From assembly GCA_037447435.1 (NCBI GenBank), contig JBBIGR010000005.1:32001-96000 (forward strand): a DNA stretch of 64,000 bases. Reading direction: 5' to 3'. The notes beneath the pieces are model-generated. The model saw only the letters and a program-made list of their open reading frames with translations, searched no databases and had not been told where the DNA came from. This DNA is from Fibrobacteria bacterium. Lineage in GTDB: Bacteria; Fibrobacterota; Chitinivibrionia; Chitinivibrionales; FEN-1185. Positions 20,075 to 29,841 of this stretch are shown piece by piece. A program made the position numbers and the translations under genes. The stretch's first letter is position 1, and each line of letters starts with the position of its first letter.

Positions 20075-21010
20075 ATGATTAATTTTGCAGTTCTTTCTCG
20101 ATTGCAAATATTGAAGGTTGCATTGCCCTTAATCATGGCTTCCTCACTATTGTTTTGTTCCCGAAACGTCCACTACAAGGAAATCGATTATCAAAAGCGG
20201 ACTTCGATTCTTAGCACCAACGATTCATTGAGAAACGATTCGCTCGATTTGACCATAGCGGTAGCGCCGGTTGTATCTACCGAAGAAAGCTATAAAAAAT
20301 ATTATGATTTATTTTCATATACCGCATCCTTATGCTCGCTTAAAATTAAAACGACCTATTACAAAAAAAACGTAGAAATATATCGCCTCTTTCAGTCAAG
20401 ATGCGTCGATGTTGCCTTTGTCAGTGAAATCCTTTATGTTATGGGGAAAAGACAGCATCTGCTCAATTTATTGGTAGTTCCGGTACGAAAAGGCAAACCT
20501 ACCCATCAGGCCTACATAATAGCCCAAAAAAAAACGAGCGCAAAAACATTTATTGACTTGACAAAAGAACGATTTGCATTTACCGATGAATTTTCTTTTA
20601 CCGGATATTGGTATCCCCTTTCCCGAAGCGGTAATGCAAACCTACCGTTAAAACAAGTGTTTTTCTCCGGCTCCCACGACCAGTCGGTATACCTAGTAAA
20701 CAGAGGGTTGCTCGATGGGGCCAGTGTCGACGGCTACGTGTACGATGCTATAAGCAAGGCAAGCCCCAAATGCGTTTCGAACACACGTGTTTTGGAGGTT
20801 TCAAAAGAGTTCGGTACGCAACCCATCGTCATATCACAACAGGTTTCTCCTCGAATACGGGACGCGTATACGAAGGCATTCTTATCATTAGACAAAGACA
20901 GTACCGGTCGCAAGCTACTTGCTGCACTGGGAATCGATGAATTCATTACCCAGGATGATTCTTGTTATGCATCCATTTCCGCAATGGTTCCGGAAACAAT
21001 TATTCCATAA
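20075..21010 (+). CDS. PhnD/AioX-family periplasmic oxyanion-binding protein (probable lipoprotein) of a three-component system
   Basis: IAVAPVVS, VDVAFVSEILYV, FAFTDEFSFTGYWYP, SHDQSV, DGASVDGYVYD; directly upstream of a kinase and regulator with no ABC permease or ATPase; start uncertain. Confidence 0.75.
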   Translation: MINFAVLSRLQILKVALPLIMASSLLFCSRNVHYKEIDYQKRTSILSTNDSLRNDSLDLTIAVAPVVSTEESYKKYYDLFSYTASLCSLKIKTTYYKKNVEIYRLFQSRCVDVAFVSEILYVMGKRQHLLNLLVVPVRKGKPTHQAYIIAQKKTSAKTFIDLTKERFAFTDEFSFTGYWYPLSRSGNANLPLKQVFFSGSHDQSVYLVNRGLLDGASVDGYVYDAISKASPKCVSNTRVLEVSKEFGTQPIVISQQVSPRIRDAYTKAFLSLDKDSTGRKLLAALGIDEFITQDDSCYASISAMVPETIIP

Positions 21011-22418
21011 ATATATTTCGATCCGGACCAAGCTGCTTTTTTCCGTTTTTATCGTCATCGGCCTTTTTGGCGCAATGGCTACATGGATGTCGTATTATTA
21101 TATAACAGAAACGGCAAAGCTCGACCTTTCGAGGAAAGCAAGCTTCTTCACCAATCTTCTTGACAATCAATTGACACCGCAAATACTTCTCAACGATATA
21201 GTATCCGTCAACTCGATTATCAGCCACTTCATATCGGACGCTCCCGAAATTCTTTATATTGTCGTTTACGACAAAAACAAGAACATTATCGGCCATACGT
21301 TCGAAGGCGATTCGATACCGGTGTTCATCACTCCGCCCAGCGGAAACGATTCGGTGATGCTCTTTTTAGACCGACCGCATCATATTCGAATTCGGCAGCA
21401 AACCGTTTCTTTATCAAACGGCACTATCGGGTTCGTAAAAGTCGGACTGGACGAAACGACGGTCTTTAATAAAGGAAGAAAAATAGCCACGATTATCGCA
21501 GGGCTCCTGATCCTTTTATTGATTCCCGCAAGCATAATAACAATTTCGTTTTCTTACCTTATCACTTATCCCATACATGAAATTCTCAAATGTCTTAAAA
21601 AGTTCATGCCCGGCGAATCGCCTCCCAAACCGAAAATAATTTTCAACGACGAAATTGCGCTTTTATCCAACAGTATCCAAGAAATGATGCATCGGGTTTC
21701 TATAATGACCGATGAATCGAAAAAAAACCATTTAAAATTCATCGAAACAGAAAAACATGCAAGCGTCGGAATATTGGCTTCCGGAATTGCCCATGAAATC
21801 AATAACCCCATCGCGGGCATCGAAATATGCGCTTACCGACTTGAACGCGATTCCAACCTTTCAATAAAAAACCGTGAATATGTCCAGCTCATTCTAGAAG
21901 CAGCCAGGCATATTCAATCTGTTGTGAAAAATCTACTCAACTATGCCCGGCAACCCGACCTTAAAGAAACGTCCCTCGATCTTCGTGCAACGATTAGCGT
22001 TGCCGAAAAACTAGTCCAATACAGATTGAAAAAAAACAATATTATATTCGAAATGATTTGTCAGCCGTTTCCTTGTATTATTACCGGAATAAAAGCCCAA
22101 ATTATCCAGGTATTGGTAAACGGGCTTCTTAATGCAATTGACGCAATAGAAAAAAACGGCAACATTATTGTGCGCCTTACGGAACAAAATGCCTCGTTTA
22201 TCCTTCGAATCGAAGATTCGGGTAAAGGTCTGGACACCGAGGTCAAAAGCAAGGCATTTGATCCATTTTTCACTACAAAAGGCACTTTGGGCACTGGTCT
22301 GGGACTGTATGTCAGTTACAATATCATTCAATCACATAATGGCCGCATAGACCTGGCCCCGCTCCCGGGCAAAGGAGCCTGTTTGGAAATTACACTACCC
22401 AAAGGAGAAAACCGATGA
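20967..22418 (+). CDS. Membrane sensor histidine kinase (2 TM, HAMP, HisKA, HATPase)
   Basis: GIAHEINNPIAGI, NGLLNAIDA, EDSGKG, FDPFFTTKGTLGTGLGL; start uncertain (20919-20985). Confidence 0.93.
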   Translation: MHPFPQWFRKQLFHKYISIRTKLLFSVFIVIGLFGAMATWMSYYYITETAKLDLSRKASFFTNLLDNQLTPQILLNDIVSVNSIISHFISDAPEILYIVVYDKNKNIIGHTFEGDSIPVFITPPSGNDSVMLFLDRPHHIRIRQQTVSLSNGTIGFVKVGLDETTVFNKGRKIATIIAGLLILLLIPASIITISFSYLITYPIHEILKCLKKFMPGESPPKPKIIFNDEIALLSNSIQEMMHRVSIMTDESKKNHLKFIETEKHASVGILASGIAHEINNPIAGIEICAYRLERDSNLSIKNREYVQLILEAARHIQSVVKNLLNYARQPDLKETSLDLRATISVAEKLVQYRLKKNNIIFEMICQPFPCIITGIKAQIIQVLVNGLLNAIDAIEKNGNIIVRLTEQNASFILRIEDSGKGLDTEVKSKAFDPFFTTKGTLGTGLGLYVSYNIIQSHNGRIDLAPLPGKGACLEITLPKGENR

Positions 22419-23758
22419 ATATCCTCATCGTTGACGATGAGAAAAGCCTGAGACTCGCCTTAGCCGACGAATTGATCGAAAACGGTTATGACGTGGACGT
22501 CGCGAGTTGCGGCGAAGATGCCATGCTCCTTTTAGGAAAGAAATATTTTGACCTTGTCATCAGCGATGTCGTTATGATGTCCATCAGCGGTATGGATCTA
22601 TTGAAACATATTAAGGAAAAAACACCGCAAACCGAATTGATCCTTATGACGGCATATGGAACTATTGACGCTGCGGTCAATGCCGTCAAAGCCGGCGCAC
22701 TGGATTATATTTGCAAACCCTTCGAACTTGAACGACTTTTGCGGTTTGTAAAGACAATGAAGGAAACCATCCAACTCCGGCATGAGAATAAGGCATTAAA
22801 ATCGAAATTATACGACCGATATAATTTTCACAATATTATCGGCCAATCCGCATCCATGCAACGTATGTTCAGCCTCCTTGAAACCGTCTGCGATACCAAT
22901 GCGACCGTGATAATTCAGGGGGAAACCGGAACCGGAAAGGAACTCGTCGGCGAGGCGATACATTTTAACAGCCTCAGAAAGGACAAAGCTTTTGTTCCTG
23001 TTTCATGCGCAGCGTTGTCGAAAGAACTTCTGGAATCGGAATTGTTCGGCCACGAACAGGGTTCATTTACCGGTGCGACAAAGCAAAAAAGAGGACGATT
23101 CGAATTGGCACATGAGGGGACCCTTTTTCTCGACGAAATAGACGATATCCCCCTGGAAGTCCAAGTTAAATTACTCCGTGCCATTCAATCGGGCCGATTC
23201 GAACGCGTGGGCGGCGAACATCCCATTCAGGTCGACGTCCGAATTATCGGGACGACAAAAGAAAACCTTCTGGACCTTGTCGAACAAGGGAAATTCAGGC
23301 GGGACCTTTATTACCGGCTTAACGTCATTCCCCTTATCCTTCCTCCTCTTCGCGACCGTAAAGAGGACATTCCGCTTCTTGTCAATCATTTCCTCAAGAA
23401 ATATTCCCCGGTTCATCATGTCGAGGTGTCTTCGGAAATCATGGATTTGCTGCTTAAATACGATTGGGACGGCAATGTCCGCGAGCTTCAACATGTGATT
23501 CAGCGACTGGTCCTTTTACGAAAAGACGGTGCGGTCGATATCGACACGCTTCCGGGAAAAATCTTGAATTTTAAAAGCCAGGAGCCGCTCTTTGAACTTG
23601 GAAAAGACACGTTGTCGGAGTACCTTGACCAATTAGAAAAAAGCATCCTGGATAGGGCATTGGAATTTACTAAGGGAGGGAAAACCGAAGCTGCGAGGAT
23701 TCTGGGGATCCCTTTGCCGACGCTTAAAAGCAAATTAGCCCGTTTTTTTCAAAAATAG
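22415..23758 (+). CDS. Sigma54-dependent NtrC-family response regulator
   Basis: REC domain (ILIVDDE, ISDVVM); Walker A GETGTGKE; ESELFGHEQGSFTGA; FRRDLYYRLNV; WDGNVREL; C-terminal HTH. Confidence 0.96.
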   Translation: MNILIVDDEKSLRLALADELIENGYDVDVASCGEDAMLLLGKKYFDLVISDVVMMSISGMDLLKHIKEKTPQTELILMTAYGTIDAAVNAVKAGALDYICKPFELERLLRFVKTMKETIQLRHENKALKSKLYDRYNFHNIIGQSASMQRMFSLLETVCDTNATVIIQGETGTGKELVGEAIHFNSLRKDKAFVPVSCAALSKELLESELFGHEQGSFTGATKQKRGRFELAHEGTLFLDEIDDIPLEVQVKLLRAIQSGRFERVGGEHPIQVDVRIIGTTKENLLDLVEQGKFRRDLYYRLNVIPLILPPLRDRKEDIPLLVNHFLKKYSPVHHVEVSSEIMDLLLKYDWDGNVRELQHVIQRLVLLRKDGAVDIDTLPGKILNFKSQEPLFELGKDTLSEYLDQLEKSILDRALEFTKGGKTEAARILGIPLPTLKSKLARFFQK

Positions 23759-23883
23759 GATAAAGCAATTATTATAAACTGCAGCAGCGATTTAAAAAAA
23801 TTAAATAGTTTTAGTTTTTACGGTGACGGAATTTATCTTTAATCGAATCCGTTCCTTCTCCCTTTGGTACCAAGAGGCTAATA

Positions 23884-24345
23884 ATGGGTGTATCAACATT
23901 CGGAACAGTGTTGGATGTCATCGATTCATTCGAGTTGCGTCACTCACTCATATTTGACAATCTCAGCAAGCAAGGTACCAGCGAAGGCGTTCGATTATTA
24001 TGCAACTACTTTGCAAAACGGCGCAGACATATTCCCGAAGCTCTTGCCAATTTTTCCGAAGAAGAATTGCACGTTATCAGAGCAACCCCGATTTTTGAAG
24101 ACGATATCAAGTCTGAACTTGAAAGGCATTTTTCAATGGAACCCAATGCCATTGACATTGAGGCAGACATATTACTTCAGCACTCAATTGATTTCATACA
24201 AATATGCCTCGATTGTTATACCCGGATTTCGGAACAGCGCATCGGAGAAAATGCAATTTCGTTTCTTAAGTCACTCATTATTATTCAAACCCGCTATATT
24301 GTCGAACTTAAAAAAACCAAGAATTTAAACTATTTTTGCCCGTAA
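23884..24345 (+). CDS. Hypothetical helical protein (possibly ferritin-like four-helix fold)
   Basis: GAGG RBS; 153-aa ORF with amphipathic helical pattern; no recognised family. Confidence 0.55.
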   Translation: MGVSTFGTVLDVIDSFELRHSLIFDNLSKQGTSEGVRLLCNYFAKRRRHIPEALANFSEEELHVIRATPIFEDDIKSELERHFSMEPNAIDIEADILLQHSIDFIQICLDCYTRISEQRIGENAISFLKSLIIIQTRYIVELKKTKNLNYFCP

Positions 24346-24396
24346 TTTCCCCGACACGATTCTTGAACAGCGTTCCTGCAAACAATTCAAGTATTC

Positions 24397-24410
24397 TTGA
24401 TCCAAATCAA
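24397..24410. promoter_or_regulatory. FNR/DNR (Crp-Fnr family) binding box
   Basis: TTGAT-CCAA-ATCAA is a perfect match to TTGAT-N4-ATCAA; 57 bp upstream of the ygbA-like ATG. Confidence 0.75.
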
Positions 24411-24467
24411 TTTTATACATTCATAATTTATGTAATTTAATTATTATCGTACGGAGGTCAATAAATC

Positions 24468-24815
24468 ATGAATGCAGATAAAAAAGAACAAAAGACCATT
24501 ATAGCGATGATCGACATCTATTGTCGAGGCAATCATAAGGGACAACCACACCCTTGTCCCGATTGCACTTCTTTGCTCAACTATGCAAAAACCCGCATTG
24601 AAAAATGTCCTTGGGGTGCAATGAAGCCAACATGCGCCCGCTGTACAATTCATTGTTACGAAAAACTAAAACGGGAACAAATTATTACAATCATGCGCTT
24701 TTCAGGTCCTAAAATGGCAATCCGACATCCCTTTTTGACGCTTCTACATTTATTGAGCCCCAGATCGATAAAACCCTCTGTAAGCCGGAAATCAATATCT
24801 GAGACTGTTGTTTAA
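24468..24815 (+). CDS. ygbA: YgbA-family (nitrous oxide-stimulated promoter family) Cys-rich protein
   Basis: GGAGG RBS; EQKTIIAMIDIYCRGNH, CPDC, RIEKCP, KPTCARCTIHCY, MRFSGPKM..RHP. Confidence 0.85.
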   Translation: MNADKKEQKTIIAMIDIYCRGNHKGQPHPCPDCTSLLNYAKTRIEKCPWGAMKPTCARCTIHCYEKLKREQIITIMRFSGPKMAIRHPFLTLLHLLSPRSIKPSVSRKSISETVV

Positions 24816-24979
24816 AAAGTTCTTTTTTTCACAAATGGAATATTTTATATTTATACGGATGCATCATTGTTTCATTCTCCGCTTTTACTTCGGAAGACAT
24901 GTTGCAACTTGATGGTTTATGAATGATATTCTTTTTTGATCATGACGCTTTATTTATAGAAACCGATAAGTACTTCTAA

Positions 24980-25348
24980 ATGTCAACCTCATTTACCCTT
25001 TTCTTCCCTTTTCTAATAACTCTTGCCTTGGCGTTACTCATTCCGATCAGCATGATGGTTCTTTCCGCAGTATTGGGGCCCCAAAAAAAGACTGCCATCA
25101 AAATGGAACAATATGAATGCGGAGTCCCCGCACCAACCGGCGTTCGACGGGGAAAGCTATCCGTTAAATTTTTTTTAGTGGCTATTTTATTTCTCGTGTT
25201 CGACATAGAAGTAGTTTTTCTTTTTCCATGGGCAGTTGTGCTTCGGCGCCTCGGCATGATTGGCTTTGTTGAAATGGGGTTATTTATCCTGGTGCTTATT
25301 GCAGGGCTTGCATATGCCTGGAAAAAAGGAGCTCTTGAATGGGAATAG
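24980..25348 (+). CDS. nuoA: NADH-quinone oxidoreductase subunit A
   Basis: YECG, FFLVAILFLVFDIEVVFLFPWA, YAWKKGALEW. Confidence 0.96.
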   Translation: MSTSFTLFFPFLITLALALLIPISMMVLSAVLGPQKKTAIKMEQYECGVPAPTGVRRGKLSVKFFLVAILFLVFDIEVVFLFPWAVVLRRLGMIGFVEMGLFILVLIAGLAYAWKKGALEWE

Positions 25349-25818
25349 AAACAGTATTCGGCCGTTCATGGATCACAGCCCGCATTGACGATATAGTAAA
25401 TTGGGGACGCCTTAATTCTCCTTGGCCGTATGTGTTCGGAACAGCTTGTTGCGCAATCGAATTTATGAGTGCCGCATCATCGCATTTTGATATTGCCAGA
25501 TACGGAGCAGAACTCATCCGTTGGTCTCCGCGCCAGGCAGACCTCCTCATTGTCGCAGGAACGATCTCGTATAAGCAAGCACCGGTACTGAAACGGATAT
25601 ACGAACAGATGTGCGAGCCAAAATGGGTTATTGCCGTGGGTGCGTGTTGCTGCTCCGGCGGTTTGTATGATAATTACTGTACGGTTCAGGGAGTAAGCGA
25701 AATAATTCCGGTCGATATGTATGTTCCCGGATGTCCTCCCCGTGCAGAAGCGATCTTTGACGCGATAATCAAATTACAGAATAAAATCTCAAAGGAATCG
25801 GTACTTGACAGAAAATAA
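25339..25818 (+). CDS. nuoB: NADH-quinone oxidoreductase subunit B
   Basis: GTACCAIEFM, SPRQADLLIVAGT, GACCCSGG, YVPGCPPR. Confidence 0.96.
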   Translation: MGIETVFGRSWITARIDDIVNWGRLNSPWPYVFGTACCAIEFMSAASSHFDIARYGAELIRWSPRQADLLIVAGTISYKQAPVLKRIYEQMCEPKWVIAVGACCCSGGLYDNYCTVQGVSEIIPVDMYVPGCPPRAEAIFDAIIKLQNKISKESVLDRK

Positions 25819-27532
25819 CACGCAAGCGGTTTCCTTGCAGCGGATTGTGAGCCAGCTTGCCGGTAACGACCATATTGAATTTGAGGAAAATTGCGGCTCC
25901 CTGTTTGCCGTTGTTGACTCAAAAAATATTATTTCGCTTTTGACGCTGTTACGTGATACGCCGTCAACACATTTCGATATGCTCGTCGACATTGTGGGCA
26001 TCGATAGCTTGTCGCTTACGCCGATCACGGCCAACCGGTTTCAAATCGTATACGTCCTAACGTCAACCGACTTGGGTCATCGCATTTGCATTAAGGTTCA
26101 TCTACCGTCCGATACGCCGGAGATTCCATCGGTAAGTTCGGTTTTTGCCGTCGCAAATTGGCTCGAACGTGAAGTATTCGACCAATTCGGTATCGTTTTT
26201 CAAGGTCATCCGAACCTGAAACGTCTGTTGAATTTCCAAGGATTCGCGGGACATCCGCTTCGGAAGGATTTTCCTATCAATGGTCGCCAGGCTATCCCGG
26301 AAAGCGAAGATTTACTTGACGAGATGAAAATTAAACTCGGGAAACTGGGGAAACCGATTGAATCAATTAAAATTGGCGAATGCGGAAATACACTCGAAAA
26401 AGAAACTTCAAATGATTCCGATCCTTTCATAGTCAACCTTGGTCCGGCGCATCCCATTGTTCATGGAATTCTACGCCTTTTACTGGCAGTGGAGGGAGAA
26501 ACAATAATTGCCGCAGTACCCGAATTGGGTTATTTGCACCGCGGCGCCGAGAAAAATTGCGAGGCAGGAAATTATCATCAAGTTATACCATACACCGATC
26601 GTATGAATTACGCCTCGCCGATGATGAATAATATCGGGTATTGTAAAGCTGTCGAAAAAATGCTCGGTATCATAATTTCAGAGCACGACATGATTTTAAG
26701 AGTCCTGTTCTGCGAACTTGGACGGATTATGGACCATTTGCTTTGCCTGGGGCCGCACCTGGTGGATCTTGGCGCATTAACACCGTTTTGGTTTTTGTTT
26801 CAAATCCGTGAAAAAATTTACGATATCATGGAAAAGTATTCGGGCGCTCGGCTTACGTATTCTTGCGTACGGATCGGAAGCTTCCCATTTCCCTTATATG
26901 AAGGTTTTACGGATGAGGTTGAATCTGTGTTAAAAGATCTTGCCGGTGCAATCGATGACGTTCGAAGGCTTGTGGAAAGAAACCGGATATTTTACGACCG
27001 ATGCTGCAATGTGGGAGCAATTACCCCGCACGATGCGATTCGAAACGGATTTACCGGGCCTTGTCTTCGGGCAACCGGCCTCGAGTATGATTTGCGGAAA
27101 AATAAACCGTATTATCTTTACGAAACATTTGATTTTTCGGTTGTGGTCGGGACAAACGGCGATACCTACGACCGCTTTTTCGTCCGTGTTTACGAAATGA
27201 TCGAGAGCGTAAAAATTATCCGTCAAGCTATTACCCGTATAAAAGCTATGCCCCCGGACTCTTCCGTTGCCGAAGGCGCAAAAAAGTCAAAAGGGTTTAA
27301 AAAAATAGCTCCCCCGGCGGGAGCCATTTACGACAGCACCGAAGCCGCCAATGGCGAGCTCGGATTTTTCATTATCTCCGACGGTTCGCCAAAGCCTTAC
27401 CGGATAAAAGTCCGGTCGCCGTCGTTATGTAATTATTCCGCGATCGAGTCCATGGTAGAAGGCACTATGATTGCCGACCTGGTGTCGATTATTGGCAGCC
27501 TCAACGTCATCGGCGGGGAGATTGATCGATGA
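25805..27532 (+). CDS. nuoCD: NADH-quinone oxidoreductase subunit C/D fusion
   Basis: ANWLEREVFDQFGIVFQGHP, GHPLRKDFP; NLGPAHPIVHGILRL, GYLHRGAEK, YTDRMNY, terminal GGEIDR; no Ni-binding CxxC. Confidence 0.95.
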   Translation: MTENNTQAVSLQRIVSQLAGNDHIEFEENCGSLFAVVDSKNIISLLTLLRDTPSTHFDMLVDIVGIDSLSLTPITANRFQIVYVLTSTDLGHRICIKVHLPSDTPEIPSVSSVFAVANWLEREVFDQFGIVFQGHPNLKRLLNFQGFAGHPLRKDFPINGRQAIPESEDLLDEMKIKLGKLGKPIESIKIGECGNTLEKETSNDSDPFIVNLGPAHPIVHGILRLLLAVEGETIIAAVPELGYLHRGAEKNCEAGNYHQVIPYTDRMNYASPMMNNIGYCKAVEKMLGIIISEHDMILRVLFCELGRIMDHLLCLGPHLVDLGALTPFWFLFQIREKIYDIMEKYSGARLTYSCVRIGSFPFPLYEGFTDEVESVLKDLAGAIDDVRRLVERNRIFYDRCCNVGAITPHDAIRNGFTGPCLRATGLEYDLRKNKPYYLYETFDFSVVVGTNGDTYDRFFVRVYEMIESVKIIRQAITRIKAMPPDSSVAEGAKKSKGFKKIAPPAGAIYDSTEAANGELGFFIISDGSPKPYRIKVRSPSLCNYSAIESMVEGTMIADLVSIIGSLNVIGGEIDR

Positions 27533-28836
27533 CGAATTTCTTTACGCATTTGGATTGGCTATTCCTTGGTACGACAATCGGCAAAGCCGTATTCGCCTGG
27601 GGACTGACTCTCGGATTCATCCTTGTTAATATTTTTCTTGAACGTAAAATCTGCGCTTTCATTCAGGACCGCGTAGGACCCAACCGTGCCAACGTGCTCG
27701 GCATTCGGCTTTTCGGATTTGTCCTCAACTTCGCCGACGCAGTAAAATTATTGTTTAAAGAAGACATCACGCCACCTTTTGTCAACAAGTTTTATTACTT
27801 TATCGCCCCGCTTATAATTATGACCGTTGCGCTGATGGGTATGGCCGTCGTGCCATTTGCCGACGACCTTGTCATAGGCAACATCGTCATTCCCATGAGC
27901 GTGCTTGACATCAATGTGGGATTTCTATTCATTCTTGCAATTACCTCCTTATCGGTTTATAGTCTTGTCTTGGGAGGATTCGGCTCAAACAGCAAATATC
28001 CGCTTTTTGCCGCAATGAGGTCCTCCGCGCAAATGATAAGCTATGAAATAGTGATGGGGCTATCGCTGGTTGGTCTTGTCATGGTGTTTGGAACGGTTCA
28101 TCTTCGCGAAATGACCGCTATGCAAGGGGGCCTGCTGTTCGGTTTTCTCCCGAAATGGGGAGTTGTCATGCAACCGGTCGGCTGTATTCTTTTTTGTATA
28201 GCATCCCTCGCAGAGCTTAACCGTACGCCGTTCGACCTTCCGGAAGGCGAATCGGAAATCATCGGTTTTCATGTCGAATACAGCTCAATGAAATTCGCAT
28301 TATTCTTTATGGCCGAATACGCGAATATTTTCGTTGCCGCAGCCGTGATCACGACCTTGTTTTTCGGCGGTTGGCAAATTCCATGGCTTCCAACCGAAAC
28401 CATAAAAGAAAACGCGGCAATCGTTCTTCAAATAACCGCAGCCTTCGCGTTCTCCGGTGTTTCCATTGTCGCATTTCTTCTCCATCGTTTTTATTCGAAG
28501 CGAAAATACAAATGGAAAGATCTTCGCGAAAAAGAAGGAATGCTTTTATATGCCGTTTTAGCGTGCATCGCGCTCATTTCGATTGGGGCAATTGTTTTTG
28601 CGCAGTATGTACCTTTCAATTCCATACTGAAATCTTCCCTGGCAGCAGTATTGCAGATAGGCATATTTATTTTGAAATCGTTTTTAATCTGTTTCACCGT
28701 TGTTTGGATCCGATGGACATTACCGAGGTTGCGCTATGACCAACTTATGGCGCTCGGATGGAAAATAATGCTCCCGGTCGGCATTGCAAATATTCTTGTA
28801 ACCGGATTGATTTTGATTTTGGTTCCTGGAAAGTAA
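27529..28836 (+). CDS. nuoH: NADH-quinone oxidoreductase subunit H (with extra membrane segment)
   Basis: ERKICAFIQDRVGPNR, ADAVKLLFKED, AELNRTPFDLPEGESE, WIRWTLPRLRYDQLM. Confidence 0.95.
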   Translation: MTNFFTHLDWLFLGTTIGKAVFAWGLTLGFILVNIFLERKICAFIQDRVGPNRANVLGIRLFGFVLNFADAVKLLFKEDITPPFVNKFYYFIAPLIIMTVALMGMAVVPFADDLVIGNIVIPMSVLDINVGFLFILAITSLSVYSLVLGGFGSNSKYPLFAAMRSSAQMISYEIVMGLSLVGLVMVFGTVHLREMTAMQGGLLFGFLPKWGVVMQPVGCILFCIASLAELNRTPFDLPEGESEIIGFHVEYSSMKFALFFMAEYANIFVAAAVITTLFFGGWQIPWLPTETIKENAAIVLQITAAFAFSGVSIVAFLLHRFYSKRKYKWKDLREKEGMLLYAVLACIALISIGAIVFAQYVPFNSILKSSLAAVLQIGIFILKSFLICFTVVWIRWTLPRLRYDQLMALGWKIMLPVGIANILVTGLILILVPGK

Positions 28837-28841
28837 CGCAA

Positions 28842-29312
28842 ATGATTGTTGTAAAAAAACAAAAACTGTCGCTGAGCGAAAAACTATACGTTTTTGAAGT
28901 CGCTAAAGGCATGTGGGTGACCATCGGCCATTTTATGAGAAATCTCATAAATCCGAGTGGTTTACCGACTATAAATTACCCTGAAGAAAAACGGATACTG
29001 GCAAAAAATTACCGCGGATTGCATCGTTTGTTAAAAAAGGAAACCGGCGAATTGAAATGTACCGCATGCAAGCTTTGCGCCAACGCCTGTCCCGCTCGGT
29101 GCATCACGGTTGAAATGGCCCTCACCGAAGAAGGAAAGCCAAAAAAAACTCCGTCCCGATACGACATTGACATCAGTCGATGCATTTTTTGCGGCTATTG
29201 CGTCGAAGCCTGTCCTTTTGAGGCGATAGACATGAGCTCGGGCATATATGAACTGGCAAACGGCGATTGCAAGAATTACTTATATACAAAAGAGAAACTT
29301 TCATCGTACTGA
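28842..29312 (+). CDS. nuoI: NADH-quinone oxidoreductase subunit I
   Basis: TINYPEE, CTACKLCANACP and CIFCGYCVEACP (2x[4Fe-4S]). Confidence 0.95.
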   Translation: MIVVKKQKLSLSEKLYVFEVAKGMWVTIGHFMRNLINPSGLPTINYPEEKRILAKNYRGLHRLLKKETGELKCTACKLCANACPARCITVEMALTEEGKPKKTPSRYDIDISRCIFCGYCVEACPFEAIDMSSGIYELANGDCKNYLYTKEKLSSY

Positions 29313-29325
29313 AACAGGAACACCA

Positions 29326-29835
29326 ATGACAGTGTTATTTTTTTCACTTTTTGCAGGGATTGCCGTCATCGCCTCGCTCTGTATGCTCACTCGGAGAACG
29401 GCACTTGGAGCTGCAATTAGCCTGGTAGTGTGCTTTCTTGCCTTTGCAGGTTTATATGCGATGCTTTCGGCACCGTTCGTAGCAGTTATGCAAGTCGTCG
29501 TGTACGCCGGCGCCATTATGATGCTTATAATTTTCGTCATCATGACCGTCGATACCGAAGAGGAAATTCTTCAAAAAGAACGCGGAACAATGATCGGCGG
29601 AATTCTGGCAACAATTATTATGATCGTAGGAATCTGTGTTTACGAACTGGCCTTGCATACGGCATATTTAAAACCACAGGATGCGTCCCTAAACGGAACG
29701 ATCGCAAATATCGGATCTTTGCTATTTACCCGCCATGTCCTGAATTTCGAAATGCTGTCTTTACTTTTGCTCGTCGCTCTTGTTGGAGCTCTGGTTCTTA
29801 CAAAACAACAAAAGAAAAAAACGGAGGCACGGTAG
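29326..29835 (+). CDS. nuoJ: NADH-quinone oxidoreductase subunit J
   Basis: APFVAVMQVVVYAGAIMMLIIFVIM, FEMLSLLLLVALVGA. Confidence 0.93.
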   Translation: MTVLFFSLFAGIAVIASLCMLTRRTALGAAISLVVCFLAFAGLYAMLSAPFVAVMQVVVYAGAIMMLIIFVIMTVDTEEEILQKERGTMIGGILATIIMIVGICVYELALHTAYLKPQDASLNGTIANIGSLLFTRHVLNFEMLSLLLLVALVGALVLTKQQKKKTEAR

Positions 29836-29841
29836 ACCGCT

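Noticed and set aside
20075..21010. Phosphonate ABC transporter
   Set aside because: No permease or ATPase genes adjacent; the gene overlaps a sensor kinase instead.
24891..24906. Possible sigma54 promoter CGGAAG-ACATG-TTGCA before nuoA
   Set aside because: GG/GC spacing is correct but the -24 element is poor and there are no upstream tandem boxes.
25339..27532. Group 4 [NiFe]-hydrogenase (Ech/Hyf) interpretation of the nuoB/CD genes
   Set aside because: The D domain lacks both Ni-binding CxxC motifs and ends GGEIDR; NuoB has the tandem CC of complex I.
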